A DNA stretch of 49,188 nt from Gemmatimonadota bacterium (GTDB lineage Bacteria; Gemmatimonadota; Gemmatimonadetes; JACCXV01; JAHWKZ01). Shown in pieces: positions 1-8,872 of this stretch (positions are counted from its first letter, which is position 1; each line of letters opens with the position of its first letter). A program made the translations under genes and the position numbers. Under the pieces are notes generated by a model that was given only the letters and a program-made list of their open reading frames with translations, did not search any database and was not told the DNA's origin. The DNA is taken from NCBI GenBank assembly GCA_035687725.1, contig DASRVB010000148.1, forward strand, positions 1-49,188. The letters run 5' to 3'.

Positions 1-12
1 CTAGCTAACGCG

Positions 13-279
13 ATGCATCGGAAGAACTTCTGGGTCTACACCTTCGTGTTGACGGGTGGATTGCTCATCGGTAGCTTGATCGGGCAATTGCTCGCCCGGT
101 TTCTGCCGGCGGGAGTGGCACGGGACTTCTTCACGACGTCAGTGGTCGGTCACCTGGGACCGGTTTCGCTCGACCTCGTCGCCGTGGGATTGACGCTCGG
201 GCCGCTCACCCTGTACGTGAATATCATCAGCCTGGTGGGGATCGCGCTCGCGGCGTACCTCTACCGGGCGTTTTTCTAG
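13..279 (+). CDS. small integral membrane protein, DUF4321-like
   Basis: 88-aa ORF with two hydrophobic helices (FVLTGGLLIGSLIGQLL; VNIISLVGIALAAYLY) flanking a G/L-rich core (LDLVAVGLTLGP). The pattern matches my recollection of DUF4321. It sits directly upstream of tatA. Confidence 0.55.
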   Translation: MHRKNFWVYTFVLTGGLLIGSLIGQLLARFLPAGVARDFFTTSVVGHLGPVSLDLVAVGLTLGPLTLYVNIISLVGIALAAYLYRAFF

Positions 280-288
280 GAGGTTCCG

Positions 289-471
289 ATGTTCGGGCAG
301 ATAGGCATGCAGGAGATCCTCCTGATCCTCTTCATCCTGCTTCTGCTGTTCGGAGCGAAGCGGCTGCCCGAGCTGGGTCAGTCTCTGGGGAAGGGTATCC
401 GCGAGTTCAAGCGCGGGGTGAGCGAAATAAAGGAAGATCTCGAGGAAGATGGCAAGAAGAAGCCGCAGTAA
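289..471 (+). CDS. tatA: twin-arginine translocase subunit TatA/E
   Basis: 60 aa with an N-terminal TM helix, then the FG hinge and amphipathic helix ([25 protein letters not shown]) and an acidic/basic tail. This is the classic TatA signature. Confidence 0.9.
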   Translation: MFGQIGMQEILLILFILLLLFGAKRLPELGQSLGKGIREFKRGVSEIKEDLEEDGKKKPQ

Positions 472-486
472 CGATCGCCGCCGAGG

Positions 487-2292
487 TCAGACCCCCAGCA
501 GCTGAGCGCGACGGTCCTCGATCTCGGCTGCGGCACGCCGCGAGTCGAACCATGCATTGAAGCGCTCCCGCATCTTCTCCCGCCTCAGCTCCTGCCGCAA
601 CATCTCCTTCTCGCGCTGGAACGCCTCTTCGTCCGCGGGTTGGCGATCGATCAGCCGGATGAAATACAGCCCTCTAGTGGTTTCGATGGGCCCGGCCGTC
701 TGGCCCTGGGCCAGTCCGAAGGCGGCGCCGGCCACCGGCGTGCCGCTGCCGATTCCCGGGATGTTGTTGAGACGCGTGAACCAGTCGGTGTCCTGCACCT
801 GCAGGCCGTAGCGGGCGGCCGCGCCTTCGAGGCCCTGGCCCCGGATCGCGTCCGCGATCTCCGGCGCGATAGCGCGCGCTGCCTCCAACTCTTTCTGAGC
901 CGCCAGCTCGGCGCGGATATCGTCGGCCACCAGTTCCATCGCCACGTACCCCTCGGGATACCTCTGATCCACGTGAACGACGTAGAACGCGTCTTCGCGC
1001 GCGAGTGCGCCGCTCACTGCGCCCCCCTCGTTGGCGAAGATGAAATCGGAGATCTCGGGGGCCGAGCCAAGACCGGGGATGACGAGGCCCTTCTCGAACA
1101 CCGGCGGCTCCTCCACCCTGAGCCCCCTGCGCGCCGACGCATCCTCGAAGGCGTTCGGGGTCGCCGAGGCATCCCGCGCGAACTCCTGCGCGGCCTGCCG
1201 AGCGGTGTTCCGAGACTCGGCGCTCGGTTCTACCGCGATCACGATCTGCCGCAGGTGGACCTGGTCTTCGCCCCGCGTTTCGAGCTTCACGATGTGCCAG
1301 CCGAACGGGGTGAGAATGGGATCGGAGATCTCCCCGACCGACATATCCGTCACCACCTCCCGGATCGCTGGATCGAGCGCTTCCTGGCGCATGAAGCCGA
1401 TGTCGCCGCCGTTGGCGGACGAGACCGGATCGTCGGAGTGCCGGCGCGCCATCGCTTCGAAGTCTCCGCCGGGAGTCCGGGCAGCGGCGGCCAGCGAGTC
1501 GGCGGTCTTTTGTGCGGCTGCCGAATCGGCGGCCGTGATCGGCGGCTCGAACTCGACGTATCGGACCTTGGCGCTCTCGCCGCGGCGATAGTTTTCCTTG
1601 TGCTCTTCGTAATACCGGGCGATCTCCTCGGACTCGATCTCGGTGCCGACATCGCGAGCGACGACCGCGGGATCGACGTACAGGTACGAGATTCGTGCGC
1701 GCTCGTTGCGGTCGCGATAGAGGGACCGCGCCTCGGCCTCGGTGACGAACGTCCCCGCGATGATCTGCTCCTGCAGTTTCTGAATCGGCAGGGTCGCTCG
1801 CAGCTGGCGCTCGTACTCGATCCAGGTCTGTTCCAGGGACGGGTCTGCGAGCGCGGCCTGGTATTTGGCCAAGTCGAACTGTCCATTCGTCTGGAAGGCA
1901 GGCATGGAAACCAGGTCGGGGGGCGGATTGTATTTGATGTACTCGACGAGCTCGCTGTCGGTGATCCGGATGCCGCGCTCCTCGGCTTCCTGGCGCAGCA
2001 GCGTCAGGTTCACGACGTCCTCCCACGCCTGCTGCTCGATCTGATCGAGCCGCTCGCGCGAGAGTCCCTCAGGCGCCTCCGACTGAGCCTGCTCGTAGAG
2101 GATCTGGTACTGGCGCTGATACTCGTCGACCGTGATTTCGGCGCCGTTCACCGAGCCGAGCGACGTCCCCGTCCCCTGCTGCGACGAGCGACCGGAGAGA
2201 TCCATGCCCCACTCGAAGACCATCAGGCCCACGAACGCGATGGCGACGATGACCATGATCACCTTCGTGGATTCACGCAACTGCCGCATCAT
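487..2292 (-). CDS. ppiD: periplasmic chaperone / peptidyl-prolyl isomerase, PpiD-like
   Basis: N-terminal membrane anchor (VIMVIVAIAFVGLMVFEW), a SurA_N-like chaperone region and a parvulin PPIC block (GGDIGFMRQEAL...FGWHIVKLE). I moved the start to the ATGATG at 2292 (MMRQLRESTK...). The 67 extra codons of the longest ORF (GTG at 2493) run into the divergent promoter region. Confidence 0.8.
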   Translation of the reverse strand: MMRQLRESTKVIMVIVAIAFVGLMVFEWGMDLSGRSSQQGTGTSLGSVNGAEITVDEYQRQYQILYEQAQSEAPEGLSRERLDQIEQQAWEDVVNLTLLRQEAEERGIRITDSELVEYIKYNPPPDLVSMPAFQTNGQFDLAKYQAALADPSLEQTWIEYERQLRATLPIQKLQEQIIAGTFVTEAEARSLYRDRNERARISYLYVDPAVVARDVGTEIESEEIARYYEEHKENYRRGESAKVRYVEFEPPITAADSAAAQKTADSLAAAARTPGGDFEAMARRHSDDPVSSANGGDIGFMRQEALDPAIREVVTDMSVGEISDPILTPFGWHIVKLETRGEDQVHLRQIVIAVEPSAESRNTARQAAQEFARDASATPNAFEDASARRGLRVEEPPVFEKGLVIPGLGSAPEISDFIFANEGGAVSGALAREDAFYVVHVDQRYPEGYVAMELVADDIRAELAAQKELEAARAIAPEIADAIRGQGLEGAAARYGLQVQDTDWFTRLNNIPGIGSGTPVAGAAFGLAQGQTAGPIETTRGLYFIRLIDRQPADEEAFQREKEMLRQELRREKMRERFNAWFDSRRAAAEIEDRRAQLLGV

Positions 2293-2399
2293 GGCTATGC
2301 CGCCCGGAGCTGAGGGATCGATCGGATATGCAGGAGGCGGAATTCTGTCGGGGTCTCGCGTGAAAAAACTAACGCGGCATGGACCCGCTGTCGAGTCGT

Positions 2400-2429
2400 T
2401 TGACCCACGCGAGGCACTCTGAATATACT
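2400..2429 (+). promoter_or_regulatory. sigma70-like promoter candidate (TTGACC-N18-TATACT)
   Basis: The -35 TTGACC is at 2400-2405 and the -10 TATACT at 2424-2429. The ATG of the next ORF (2438) lies only 8 nt after the -10, which implies a leaderless or near-leaderless mRNA. This is hexamer matching only. Confidence 0.25.
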
Positions 2430-2437
2430 CCGGCTCC

Positions 2438-2878
2438 ATGCCGGAAAGTTCCTCCAAGCACACCGCCGGGAACGACAGCGGGGAGATCGCCACCTCTACG
2501 CTGGCGGAGATCTACGCGCAGCAGGGTCTGCTGGGGCGGGCGCTTTCGATTTACCGCAGGATGCTCGCGCGCGCTCCCGAGGATACCGGGATCGCCGATC
2601 GCATCCGCAGTCTGGAGGTGCGGATGGCGGAGGCCGGGCCGGACCCGCGGCCCGAGGCGGCCACCGGCCCTCCCGCCGGTCGCGAGCGCCTCCCCTGGGA
2701 TCCTCCCGAGATCCAAGTCCCCGTTCCCGTTGCGGAGGCCGATGCCGTTGTAGAGGCCCCTCCCGAGGAACCGGCCACGGCTCCCGGCACGAGGCCGGAG
2801 TCCGCGCAGGCGGAGTCACCGCGGCGCGTGGGACGGATGGACGCCGAGGCCTTCCGCGCATGGCTGGACGGACGCTGA
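2438..2878 (+). CDS. hypothetical protein with one TPR-like helix pair and a Pro/Ala/Glu-rich tail
   Basis: 146-aa ORF. LAEIYAQQGLLGRALSIYRRMLARAPED resembles a single TPR motif; the rest is low complexity. The frame shows GC3-rich codon usage. I do not recognise a family. Confidence 0.5.
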   Translation: MPESSSKHTAGNDSGEIATSTLAEIYAQQGLLGRALSIYRRMLARAPEDTGIADRIRSLEVRMAEAGPDPRPEAATGPPAGRERLPWDPPEIQVPVPVAEADAVVEAPPEEPATAPGTRPESAQAESPRRVGRMDAEAFRAWLDGR

Positions 2879-3990
2879 CGCCGCCCGCGGGGTTGGTCCA
2901 TCGCGCACCCTTGACTCTCGGGGAACGGCGAGCCGCGGTGCGCGAGCGGATCGGCGCCGCCGACCTCCACGCCCTGATCGTCCTCGATCTCGCCGACATC
3001 CGGTATCTCAGCGGGTTCACCGGTTCTACCGGCGTGCTGGTCCTGCTCGCGGATGGAACGGATGCGTTCTTCACCGACTTCCGGTATCAGACGCAGGTCG
3101 CCGAGGAGCTGGATGCGGCGATCGACGTCAGGATCGAGAACGAGGGTCTTCTCAAGATGAGCCGCGAATTCCTCGCCGGGCGCGGGATCTCGAGGGTGGG
3201 ATTCGAGCGCGAGCAGTTGACGTACCGGGCGTGGGCGGAGTGGTCGGAGCGCCAGGCCCCCGCCCTCGTTCCCGTCGAGGAATGGATCGAAGAGCTGCGG
3301 ATGAGGAAGACCGCCCCGGAGATCGCCGCCATTCGCGAGGCGTGCCGAATCGCCGACGAAACCTTCGAGCGGATACTCGAAGAGGTGCGCCCGGGGATCA
3401 CAGAGCGCGAGCTCGCCGCCAGGCTGGATCTCGAGCTCGCCGCACGTGGCGCCGGGGGCCCGTCGTTCGAGACGATCGTGGCGTTCGGGGAGCGCGCGGC
3501 GCTCCCCCATGCGCGACCCGGACAGCGGGAGCTCCGCCGCGGAGACGTCGTGCTGTTCGACTTCGGCGCCGTGGCCGAGGGGTACGTCAGCGACATCAGC
3601 CGGACGATCGCGTTCGGCGAGCCGGCGGCCGAGATGCGCGCGGTCTACGCCCTAGTTCTGGAAGCGCAGGCGGCGGCCATCGGCGGGATCCGGGCGGGAA
3701 TGAAGGGTCCGGAAGCCGACCGGCTGGCCCGCGAGGTTATCGAGGCCGCCGGACACGGTCCCGACTTCGGTCATTCGCTGGGTCACGGAATCGGGCTCGA
3801 GGTGCACGAGGCGCCCCGGCTGGGTAGGAAGAGTGAAGACACGCTCGATACCGGCATGACGGTCACGATCGAGCCCGGGGTCTATCTCGAGGGAACCGGC
3901 GGCGTGCGCATCGAAGACGACGCCCTCGTCACCGACGCCGGCGTCGAGCTCCTCACTTCCGCCCCCAAAGACCAGCTCATCGTCCTGTAA
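2860..3990 (+). CDS. pepP: Xaa-Pro aminopeptidase / M24B metallopeptidase
   Basis: Creatinase-like N-domain (IRYLSGFTGS) and M24 metal-ligand blocks (DFGA..GY.SDISRT; HSLGHGIGLEVHEAP; TIEPGVY; GVRIEDD). Confidence 0.85.
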   Translation: MAGRTLTPPAGLVHRAPLTLGERRAAVRERIGAADLHALIVLDLADIRYLSGFTGSTGVLVLLADGTDAFFTDFRYQTQVAEELDAAIDVRIENEGLLKMSREFLAGRGISRVGFEREQLTYRAWAEWSERQAPALVPVEEWIEELRMRKTAPEIAAIREACRIADETFERILEEVRPGITERELAARLDLELAARGAGGPSFETIVAFGERAALPHARPGQRELRRGDVVLFDFGAVAEGYVSDISRTIAFGEPAAEMRAVYALVLEAQAAAIGGIRAGMKGPEADRLAREVIEAAGHGPDFGHSLGHGIGLEVHEAPRLGRKSEDTLDTGMTVTIEPGVYLEGTGGVRIEDDALVTDAGVELLTSAPKDQLIVL

Positions 3991-4083
3991 GAACCGCAAC
4001 GAGAAAAAGGCGTGATCTAGAGGACTGCCAGGAGTGCGTGGCTCGCTGGAGCGGAACGAAGCAGATCAGTCATTTTCAGCAGC

Positions 4084-6546
4084 CTACTCTTCCTCGCGTT
4101 TGGTGTATTCGTAGGTGTACGCATAGTACCCCTGCGAACCGTAGCGCCGATCGTTCATGCCCAGGTCGTTCAGGATCGTTCCCTTGACCCTCGCGTTGAC
4201 GTTCCGCAGCTGGAGCATCGCGAACTCGAGCGCACCGATCTCGGTCTGGCTGGCGCGTGCGACTACCAGCACGCCGTCGACATGGGGGGCGATGACGGCC
4301 GCGTCGGTCACCACCGTCAGCGGCGGCGAATCGATCAGCACGACATCGTAGAGCTCGGCCAGCGAATCCATGGCGGCTCGAAGGCGCGTCGAGCCAAGGA
4401 GCTCGGCGGGGTTCGGCGGGTACGTGCCCGAGGTCATCACGTCGAGGTGGACGTCGCGATCGATCGAGGTCCGGTGGATGACCGCTTCGAGCGGCAGGTT
4501 CTCCACCAGGACGTTGGACAGGCCCGGACGCTTGGGCAGCTTGAACACCTTGTGGAGCACCCCGCGCCTCAGGTCGGAGTCCACGAGCAGGACCTTCAGG
4601 CCCTGGTGGGCGAAGGCCGCCGCTAGATTGACGACGCTCGTCGTCTTCCCGTCTCCCTCGCGCGAGCTCGTCACGACGATCGTCCGCGGCACCTGATCGG
4701 GGGTGGCGAACGTGATGTTCGTTCGCAGGCTGCGAAATGCCTCGGCGACAGCGTTCTGCGTGTCGCGGCTGACGATGAGCCGGGAGGGGAAGTCCTGGTT
4801 GGCGTCGCGACCGGCCGGCAGTCCACTTCGCGCCCTGCCCGGCAGGAGCCTTCGCTTGCCGTTGGTGAGCTGGTGGTTCCGCATGTGGGGAATCATCCCG
4901 AGGACGGGCACACCGGTCAGCGTCTCGACCTCGTCCACCGTGTGGATGGTGTTGTCCAGGTGCTCGCGGGCGAATGCCGCGCCGATCCCCACCACCAGCC
5001 CGAGCCCGATGGCCAGCAGCAGGTTCCGGATCTTGTGCGGCCGCACCGGCCGGGTGGGCACGATCGCCGCGTCGATGACGGTGGCGTACGGGGTCTCGAC
5101 CGCTTGCGCGATCTGCGCCTCCTTCAGATCCGCCTGCAGCAGCCCGAAGATCCCCTCGAGCAGAGTGGTCTGCCGCAGGAGACGCTGGTGCTCCGTCTCC
5201 CTGCCGGGGAAGTCCGCCATCTGCGTCGCTCCCTCCTGCAGCTGTGACTCGATCGTCGCGAGCTGGGAGTCGAGCGTTTTCAGATACGTGCCGGTGAGGT
5301 GCCGGAGCTCCCGCTCAATGCCGTGGATGCGGCCGGTCAGCACCTCCACGTCCGAATCGTCGGGCTGGCGGCGTTCGAGGAGGGCGGCTCGCTCGTTCTC
5401 GAGCTCGATCAGGGTCGACAGCATCTGCGAGGCCCCCACGTTGCCGGCCAGCCCCGGGTAACCCATCACCCGTCGAGCGGGGGAGGGCATCAGTGGATCG
5501 CGCTGCTCCTCGCCCGCCTGATCGAGCTCGACCAGGAGTTCGGCGAGTCCGTCCCGCTCCGAGCGGAGGAGATCGCGCTGGGTCTCGAGCGCGGCGAAGC
5601 GCTCGATCGAGGACGCGCCTTCCTCCGTGAGGCTCACGATCTGCTCGCGCTCGCGGAAGTCGCGCAGCGCGTCCTCTGACACGCGTAGCTGCGAGCTGAG
5701 CGTGTCGATCTGACGAGTGAGGAACTCGATCATGCTGCTGGCCTCGGTCTGCTGGACGGATCGACGGTAGACACGGAACCTGTACACCAGCGCGTTCGCG
5801 ATCCGGGACACATAGACTGGATCCGGACCTTCGAACCGGATCTCGATGATGCTCTGGTCGCGGCTCGGCCGCTGCACCGTCAGCCCGCTGCGGATCTCGT
5901 CCATCACGTCGTCCAGACTGCGGGTCACGAACCGGATCCGCTCGAAGGGCCGGGCCTTCGGCGTCAGCGTGAAACTCAGCTCGCTCAGACGCGTGGGCGT
6001 TCCCGGGGTCGCAACGGCGATCTCTCGTCCTTCCTCGTCGAGGACGTCGAACCTCGAGCCCTCGCGGCGGAGCGAGTATGCGCGGGACGGCGCGCCGTAG
6101 GGCAGCTGCACGTCGCGGAACAACTCCGCGAGCGTCGCCCGGCGCGGCTCCACCAGGCGGAAGCGCATATCGAGCGACTCGGCCACCGATTGCGCCATCA
6201 TGCGGCTCTCCAGGACCGCCATCTCGGTCTCGATCGCGCTGTTGTTCTGGAACAGGGTCAGGTTGAGCTCCCCCGTCGCGCCGCTGGAGCGTCCGTCGTC
6301 GTTGATGCGCAGAGTGGTGGTGGCCTGGTAGTAGGGCGTGGCCCGCATGTTGTATAGCCAGGCCAGGGCGGCCGCCGTCAGGATGCAGGCCAGGATCAGC
6401 AGCTTGTTCCGCTGGACGAGGCCCCATATCGAGCGCAGGTCGACGTCCAGCTCCTCCTCTTCGAACCCGCCTGACTGCAGGTTGGCGGGATCGTAGGGGT
6501 CTTCGTAGGGTCGCAGTCCGCGGCCCGGCGGAAGGATGCGATTCAT
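4084..6546 (-). CDS. wzc: polysaccharide co-polymerase / tyrosine autokinase (Wzc/GumC-like BY-kinase)
   Basis: Wzz-type N-terminus with a TM helix (LLILACILTAAALAWLY), a long coiled-coil periplasmic region and a second TM (LLLAIGLGLVVGIGAAFA). The cytoplasmic CpsD/CapB P-loop ATPase shows SSREGDGKTTSVVNLA, LLVDSDLRR and VLIDSPP. The tail is Tyr-rich (YGSQGYYAYTYEYT). I set the start to ATG 6546 (MNRILPP) because the longest ORF (to 6786) would overlap the efp start. Confidence 0.9.
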   Translation of the reverse strand: MNRILPPGRGLRPYEDPYDPANLQSGGFEEEELDVDLRSIWGLVQRNKLLILACILTAAALAWLYNMRATPYYQATTTLRINDDGRSSGATGELNLTLFQNNSAIETEMAVLESRMMAQSVAESLDMRFRLVEPRRATLAELFRDVQLPYGAPSRAYSLRREGSRFDVLDEEGREIAVATPGTPTRLSELSFTLTPKARPFERIRFVTRSLDDVMDEIRSGLTVQRPSRDQSIIEIRFEGPDPVYVSRIANALVYRFRVYRRSVQQTEASSMIEFLTRQIDTLSSQLRVSEDALRDFREREQIVSLTEEGASSIERFAALETQRDLLRSERDGLAELLVELDQAGEEQRDPLMPSPARRVMGYPGLAGNVGASQMLSTLIELENERAALLERRQPDDSDVEVLTGRIHGIERELRHLTGTYLKTLDSQLATIESQLQEGATQMADFPGRETEHQRLLRQTTLLEGIFGLLQADLKEAQIAQAVETPYATVIDAAIVPTRPVRPHKIRNLLLAIGLGLVVGIGAAFAREHLDNTIHTVDEVETLTGVPVLGMIPHMRNHQLTNGKRRLLPGRARSGLPAGRDANQDFPSRLIVSRDTQNAVAEAFRSLRTNITFATPDQVPRTIVVTSSREGDGKTTSVVNLAAAFAHQGLKVLLVDSDLRRGVLHKVFKLPKRPGLSNVLVENLPLEAVIHRTSIDRDVHLDVMTSGTYPPNPAELLGSTRLRAAMDSLAELYDVVLIDSPPLTVVTDAAVIAPHVDGVLVVARASQTEIGALEFAMLQLRNVNARVKGTILNDLGMNDRRYGSQGYYAYTYEYTKREEE

Positions 6547-6651
6547 GGGAGGAGCCTCGAGGTCGGAATGCCTGGCATACGGAGTGCGTCCGAACGCACG
6601 ACGACAAGAGAATCTGACAGAATCGACTCTGCCGGACAAGGCGCCGTTCGG

Positions 6652-6680
6652 TTGTTCGAGAGGGAACCGGCTCCTATATT
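6652..6680 (+). promoter_or_regulatory. sigma70-like promoter candidate for efp (TTGTTC-N17-TATATT)
   Basis: The -35 is at 6652-6657 and the -10 at 6675-6680, 65 nt upstream of the efp ATG in the 200-bp divergent wzc/efp intergenic region. This is hexamer matching only. Confidence 0.3.
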
Positions 6681-6745
6681 GGCTCGTCTTTCGCCGACCG
6701 TAATCGTCCGCAAACGCTCTTCCATGGTCCACCACTCGGGTCCGT

Positions 6746-7306
6746 ATGGCTATTACCGCGGATTTTCGCAACGGCATGGTGATCAAGCTGGATGGAGACC
6801 TCTGGCAGATGGTCTACTTCCAGCATGTGAAACCGGGCAAGGGAGGGGCATTCGTCCGCACCAAGCTCAAACGCGTGGACACCGGTCAGGTAGTCGAGCG
6901 CACCTTCCGGGCAGGCGAACGCGTGGAGGACGTACGGCTCGAGCGGCGTCCGATGCAGTACCTCTACTCGAGCGATCACTTCGCGCACTTCATGGATACC
7001 CAGAGCTACGAGCAGCACCCTGTGAACGAGAACCTCCTCGAAGAGCAACGATCGTACCTGAAGGAGAACGTCGTCTGCGACGTACTGGTGCATGACGGCA
7101 GGATCATCGGTGTGGAGCTGCCGAAGTTCATCGAGGCGCAGGTGGTGGAGACGGATCCGGGAGTGCGCGGGGACACCGCCTCGGGAGGAACCAAGCCCGC
7201 GAAGATAGAGACCGGCGCGGTGGTTCAGGTCCCGCTGTTCATCGAGCGGGGCGAGATTATTCGCGTGGACACGCGCACCAACGCGTATCTGGAGCGCGTT
7301 TCGTGA
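6746..7306 (+). CDS. efp: translation elongation factor P
   Basis: 186 aa. FRNGMVIKLDGDLWQMVYFQHVKPGKGGAFVRTKLKRV contains the canonical KPGKG loop. Three OB-like domains are recognisable throughout. Confidence 0.95.
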   Translation: MAITADFRNGMVIKLDGDLWQMVYFQHVKPGKGGAFVRTKLKRVDTGQVVERTFRAGERVEDVRLERRPMQYLYSSDHFAHFMDTQSYEQHPVNENLLEEQRSYLKENVVCDVLVHDGRIIGVELPKFIEAQVVETDPGVRGDTASGGTKPAKIETGAVVQVPLFIERGEIIRVDTRTNAYLERVS

Positions 7307-7770
7307 ACCGCGAGGAGCTCCAGGCGCTGATTCGACTCGTGGAGGAAAGCGACATCGACGAGCTCGAGATCGGACGCTGGGGACGAACCGTCCGGATCGT
7401 CAAGCGCCGGCAGGATCCGGGGTCCGCGCCGACCGCCGGTCCAACCCATGGCCCCGTTCCTGCATCCGAAGTCCATGCCGCCACGCCCGGTGGTCCCGGG
7501 GGCGACGCCGCGCAGGATCGGGGAACGGAGCATCACGTAGTGGAATCCCCCATGGTGGGGACGTTCTACCGCGCTCCCGCGCCCGAAGCGCCGCCCTTCG
7601 TGGATGTCGGGGACACTGTCCGCGTCGGCCAGACGCTTTGCATTTTGGAGGCCATGAAGCTGATGAACGAGCTCCAGTCCGAGGTCAACGGGACGGTGCG
7701 AAAGGTCCTGGCGGAAAACGGGGCTCCCGTCGAGTACGGACAGCCGCTCTTCGAGATAGAGATACGCTGA
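7303..7770 (+). CDS. accB: acetyl-CoA carboxylase biotin carboxyl carrier protein
   Basis: C-terminal biotinyl domain with the EAMKLMNE biotinylation motif and a Pro/Ala linker. The GTG start overlaps the efp stop (GTGA at 7303-7306). Confidence 0.9.
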   Translation: MNREELQALIRLVEESDIDELEIGRWGRTVRIVKRRQDPGSAPTAGPTHGPVPASEVHAATPGGPGGDAAQDRGTEHHVVESPMVGTFYRAPAPEAPPFVDVGDTVRVGQTLCILEAMKLMNELQSEVNGTVRKVLAENGAPVEYGQPLFEIEIR

Positions 7771-7774
7771 GGTC

Positions 7775-8872
7775 ATGGATCTCAGGGAAGTCCTGCGTTC
7801 GATGCTCCAGCACGAGGCTTCCGACCTGCACTTGAAGGTCGGCGCGCCGCCCGTGGTCCGCCTGCTCGGGCAGCTGATTCCCATGGATCACCCCACGCTC
7901 AGTCGCGAGGACATGGCCGATGTCATCGCGGAGCTGACCAGCGACCATCAGCGCGTCGAGTTCGAGCGTGCGCGGGAACTGGATTTTGCCGTGGGAGTCC
8001 CCCAGCTGGGCCGCTTCCGTGTCAACCTGGGCATGCAGCGCGGCACCCCGACCGCGACGCTGCGCAGCATCCCCGTGTCGGTGAAGTCGCTGACGGCCCT
8101 CCACCTTCCACCGGTGGTGGGCGCGATCTCCCTGCGTCCGCGGGGGATCATCCTGCTGACCGGGATAACGGGGAGCGGCAAGTCCACGACGCTCGCCGCC
8201 ATGGTCGAGCATATCAATTCCAACCGGCGGCTCAAGATCGTCACGATCGAGGACCCGATCGAGTTCCTGATCCGCGACAACAAGTCGTTCGTCACCCAGC
8301 GCGAGGTCGGCGTCGACACTGCGGACTTCGCCACCGGCCTGCGGCACGTTCTCCGCCAGGACCCGGACGTCCTGATGGTGGGCGAGATCCGGGACGCGGA
8401 GACGATGGATATCGCCCTGGCTGCCGCCAACACCGGGCATCTGGTGTTCGCGACTCTGCACACCACGGACGCCGTGCAGACGATTCAGCGGATCATGACC
8501 TTCTTCCCACCCGAGCGCAGTCAGGAGATCCGCTCGCTGTTGGCGGAGAACCTGCAGGGCGTGGTCTCGTTGCGCCTGATTCGCACGGCCGACGGCAAGG
8601 GACGAGTCCCGGCCTGCGAGGTGATGGTGCTCACCGAGGCGATCCGCGACTTCCTCCACAGCGGGGACCGGCCCTCCAAGATCGCCGAGCTGATCGCCGA
8701 GGGCGGAGTCCAGTACGGGATGCAGACGTTCGACCAGAGCCTCATGCAGCTCTACCAGGACGGCAAGATCGACGAGGAAGAGGCGCTCGCCAATGCCACC
8801 AACCGGTCGGAGTTCGCCCTCAAGCTGAGAGGCATCGAGGGGACCAGCGGCCGCGTATGGGGCGAGGCCTGA
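7775..8872 (+). CDS. pilT: type IV pilus retraction ATPase, PilT family
   Basis: N-terminal ASDLHLKVGAPP, Walker A GITGSGKSTTLAAM, Asp box/Walker B (LMVGEIRD), His box (TGHLVFATLHT). 365 aa, typical of PilT/PilU. Confidence 0.85.
   Translation: MDLREVLRSMLQHEASDLHLKVGAPPVVRLLGQLIPMDHPTLSREDMADVIAELTSDHQRVEFERARELDFAVGVPQLGRFRVNLGMQRGTPTATLRSIPVSVKSLTALHLPPVVGAISLRPRGIILLTGITGSGKSTTLAAMVEHINSNRRLKIVTIEDPIEFLIRDNKSFVTQREVGVDTADFATGLRHVLRQDPDVLMVGEIRDAETMDIALAAANTGHLVFATLHTTDAVQTIQRIMTFFPPERSQEIRSLLAENLQGVVSLRLIRTADGKGRVPACEVMVLTEAIRDFLHSGDRPSKIAELIAEGGVQYGMQTFDQSLMQLYQDGKIDEEEALANATNRSEFALKLRGIEGTSGRVWGEA

Noticed and set aside
2293-2493. A 67-codon N-terminal extension of ppiD, and likewise 80 codons on wzc (6547-6786).
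   Set aside because: The extensions lack signal or TM features. They run through divergent promoter regions, and for wzc into the efp CDS. The internal Met starts give canonical N-termini.
7775-8872. pilT as the edge of a type IV pilus or type II secretion locus.
   Set aside because: No PilB/PilC/PilM-Q, pilin or GspD-like genes occur within the window. I treat it as an orphan retraction ATPase and note it only in the accB/accC split finding.
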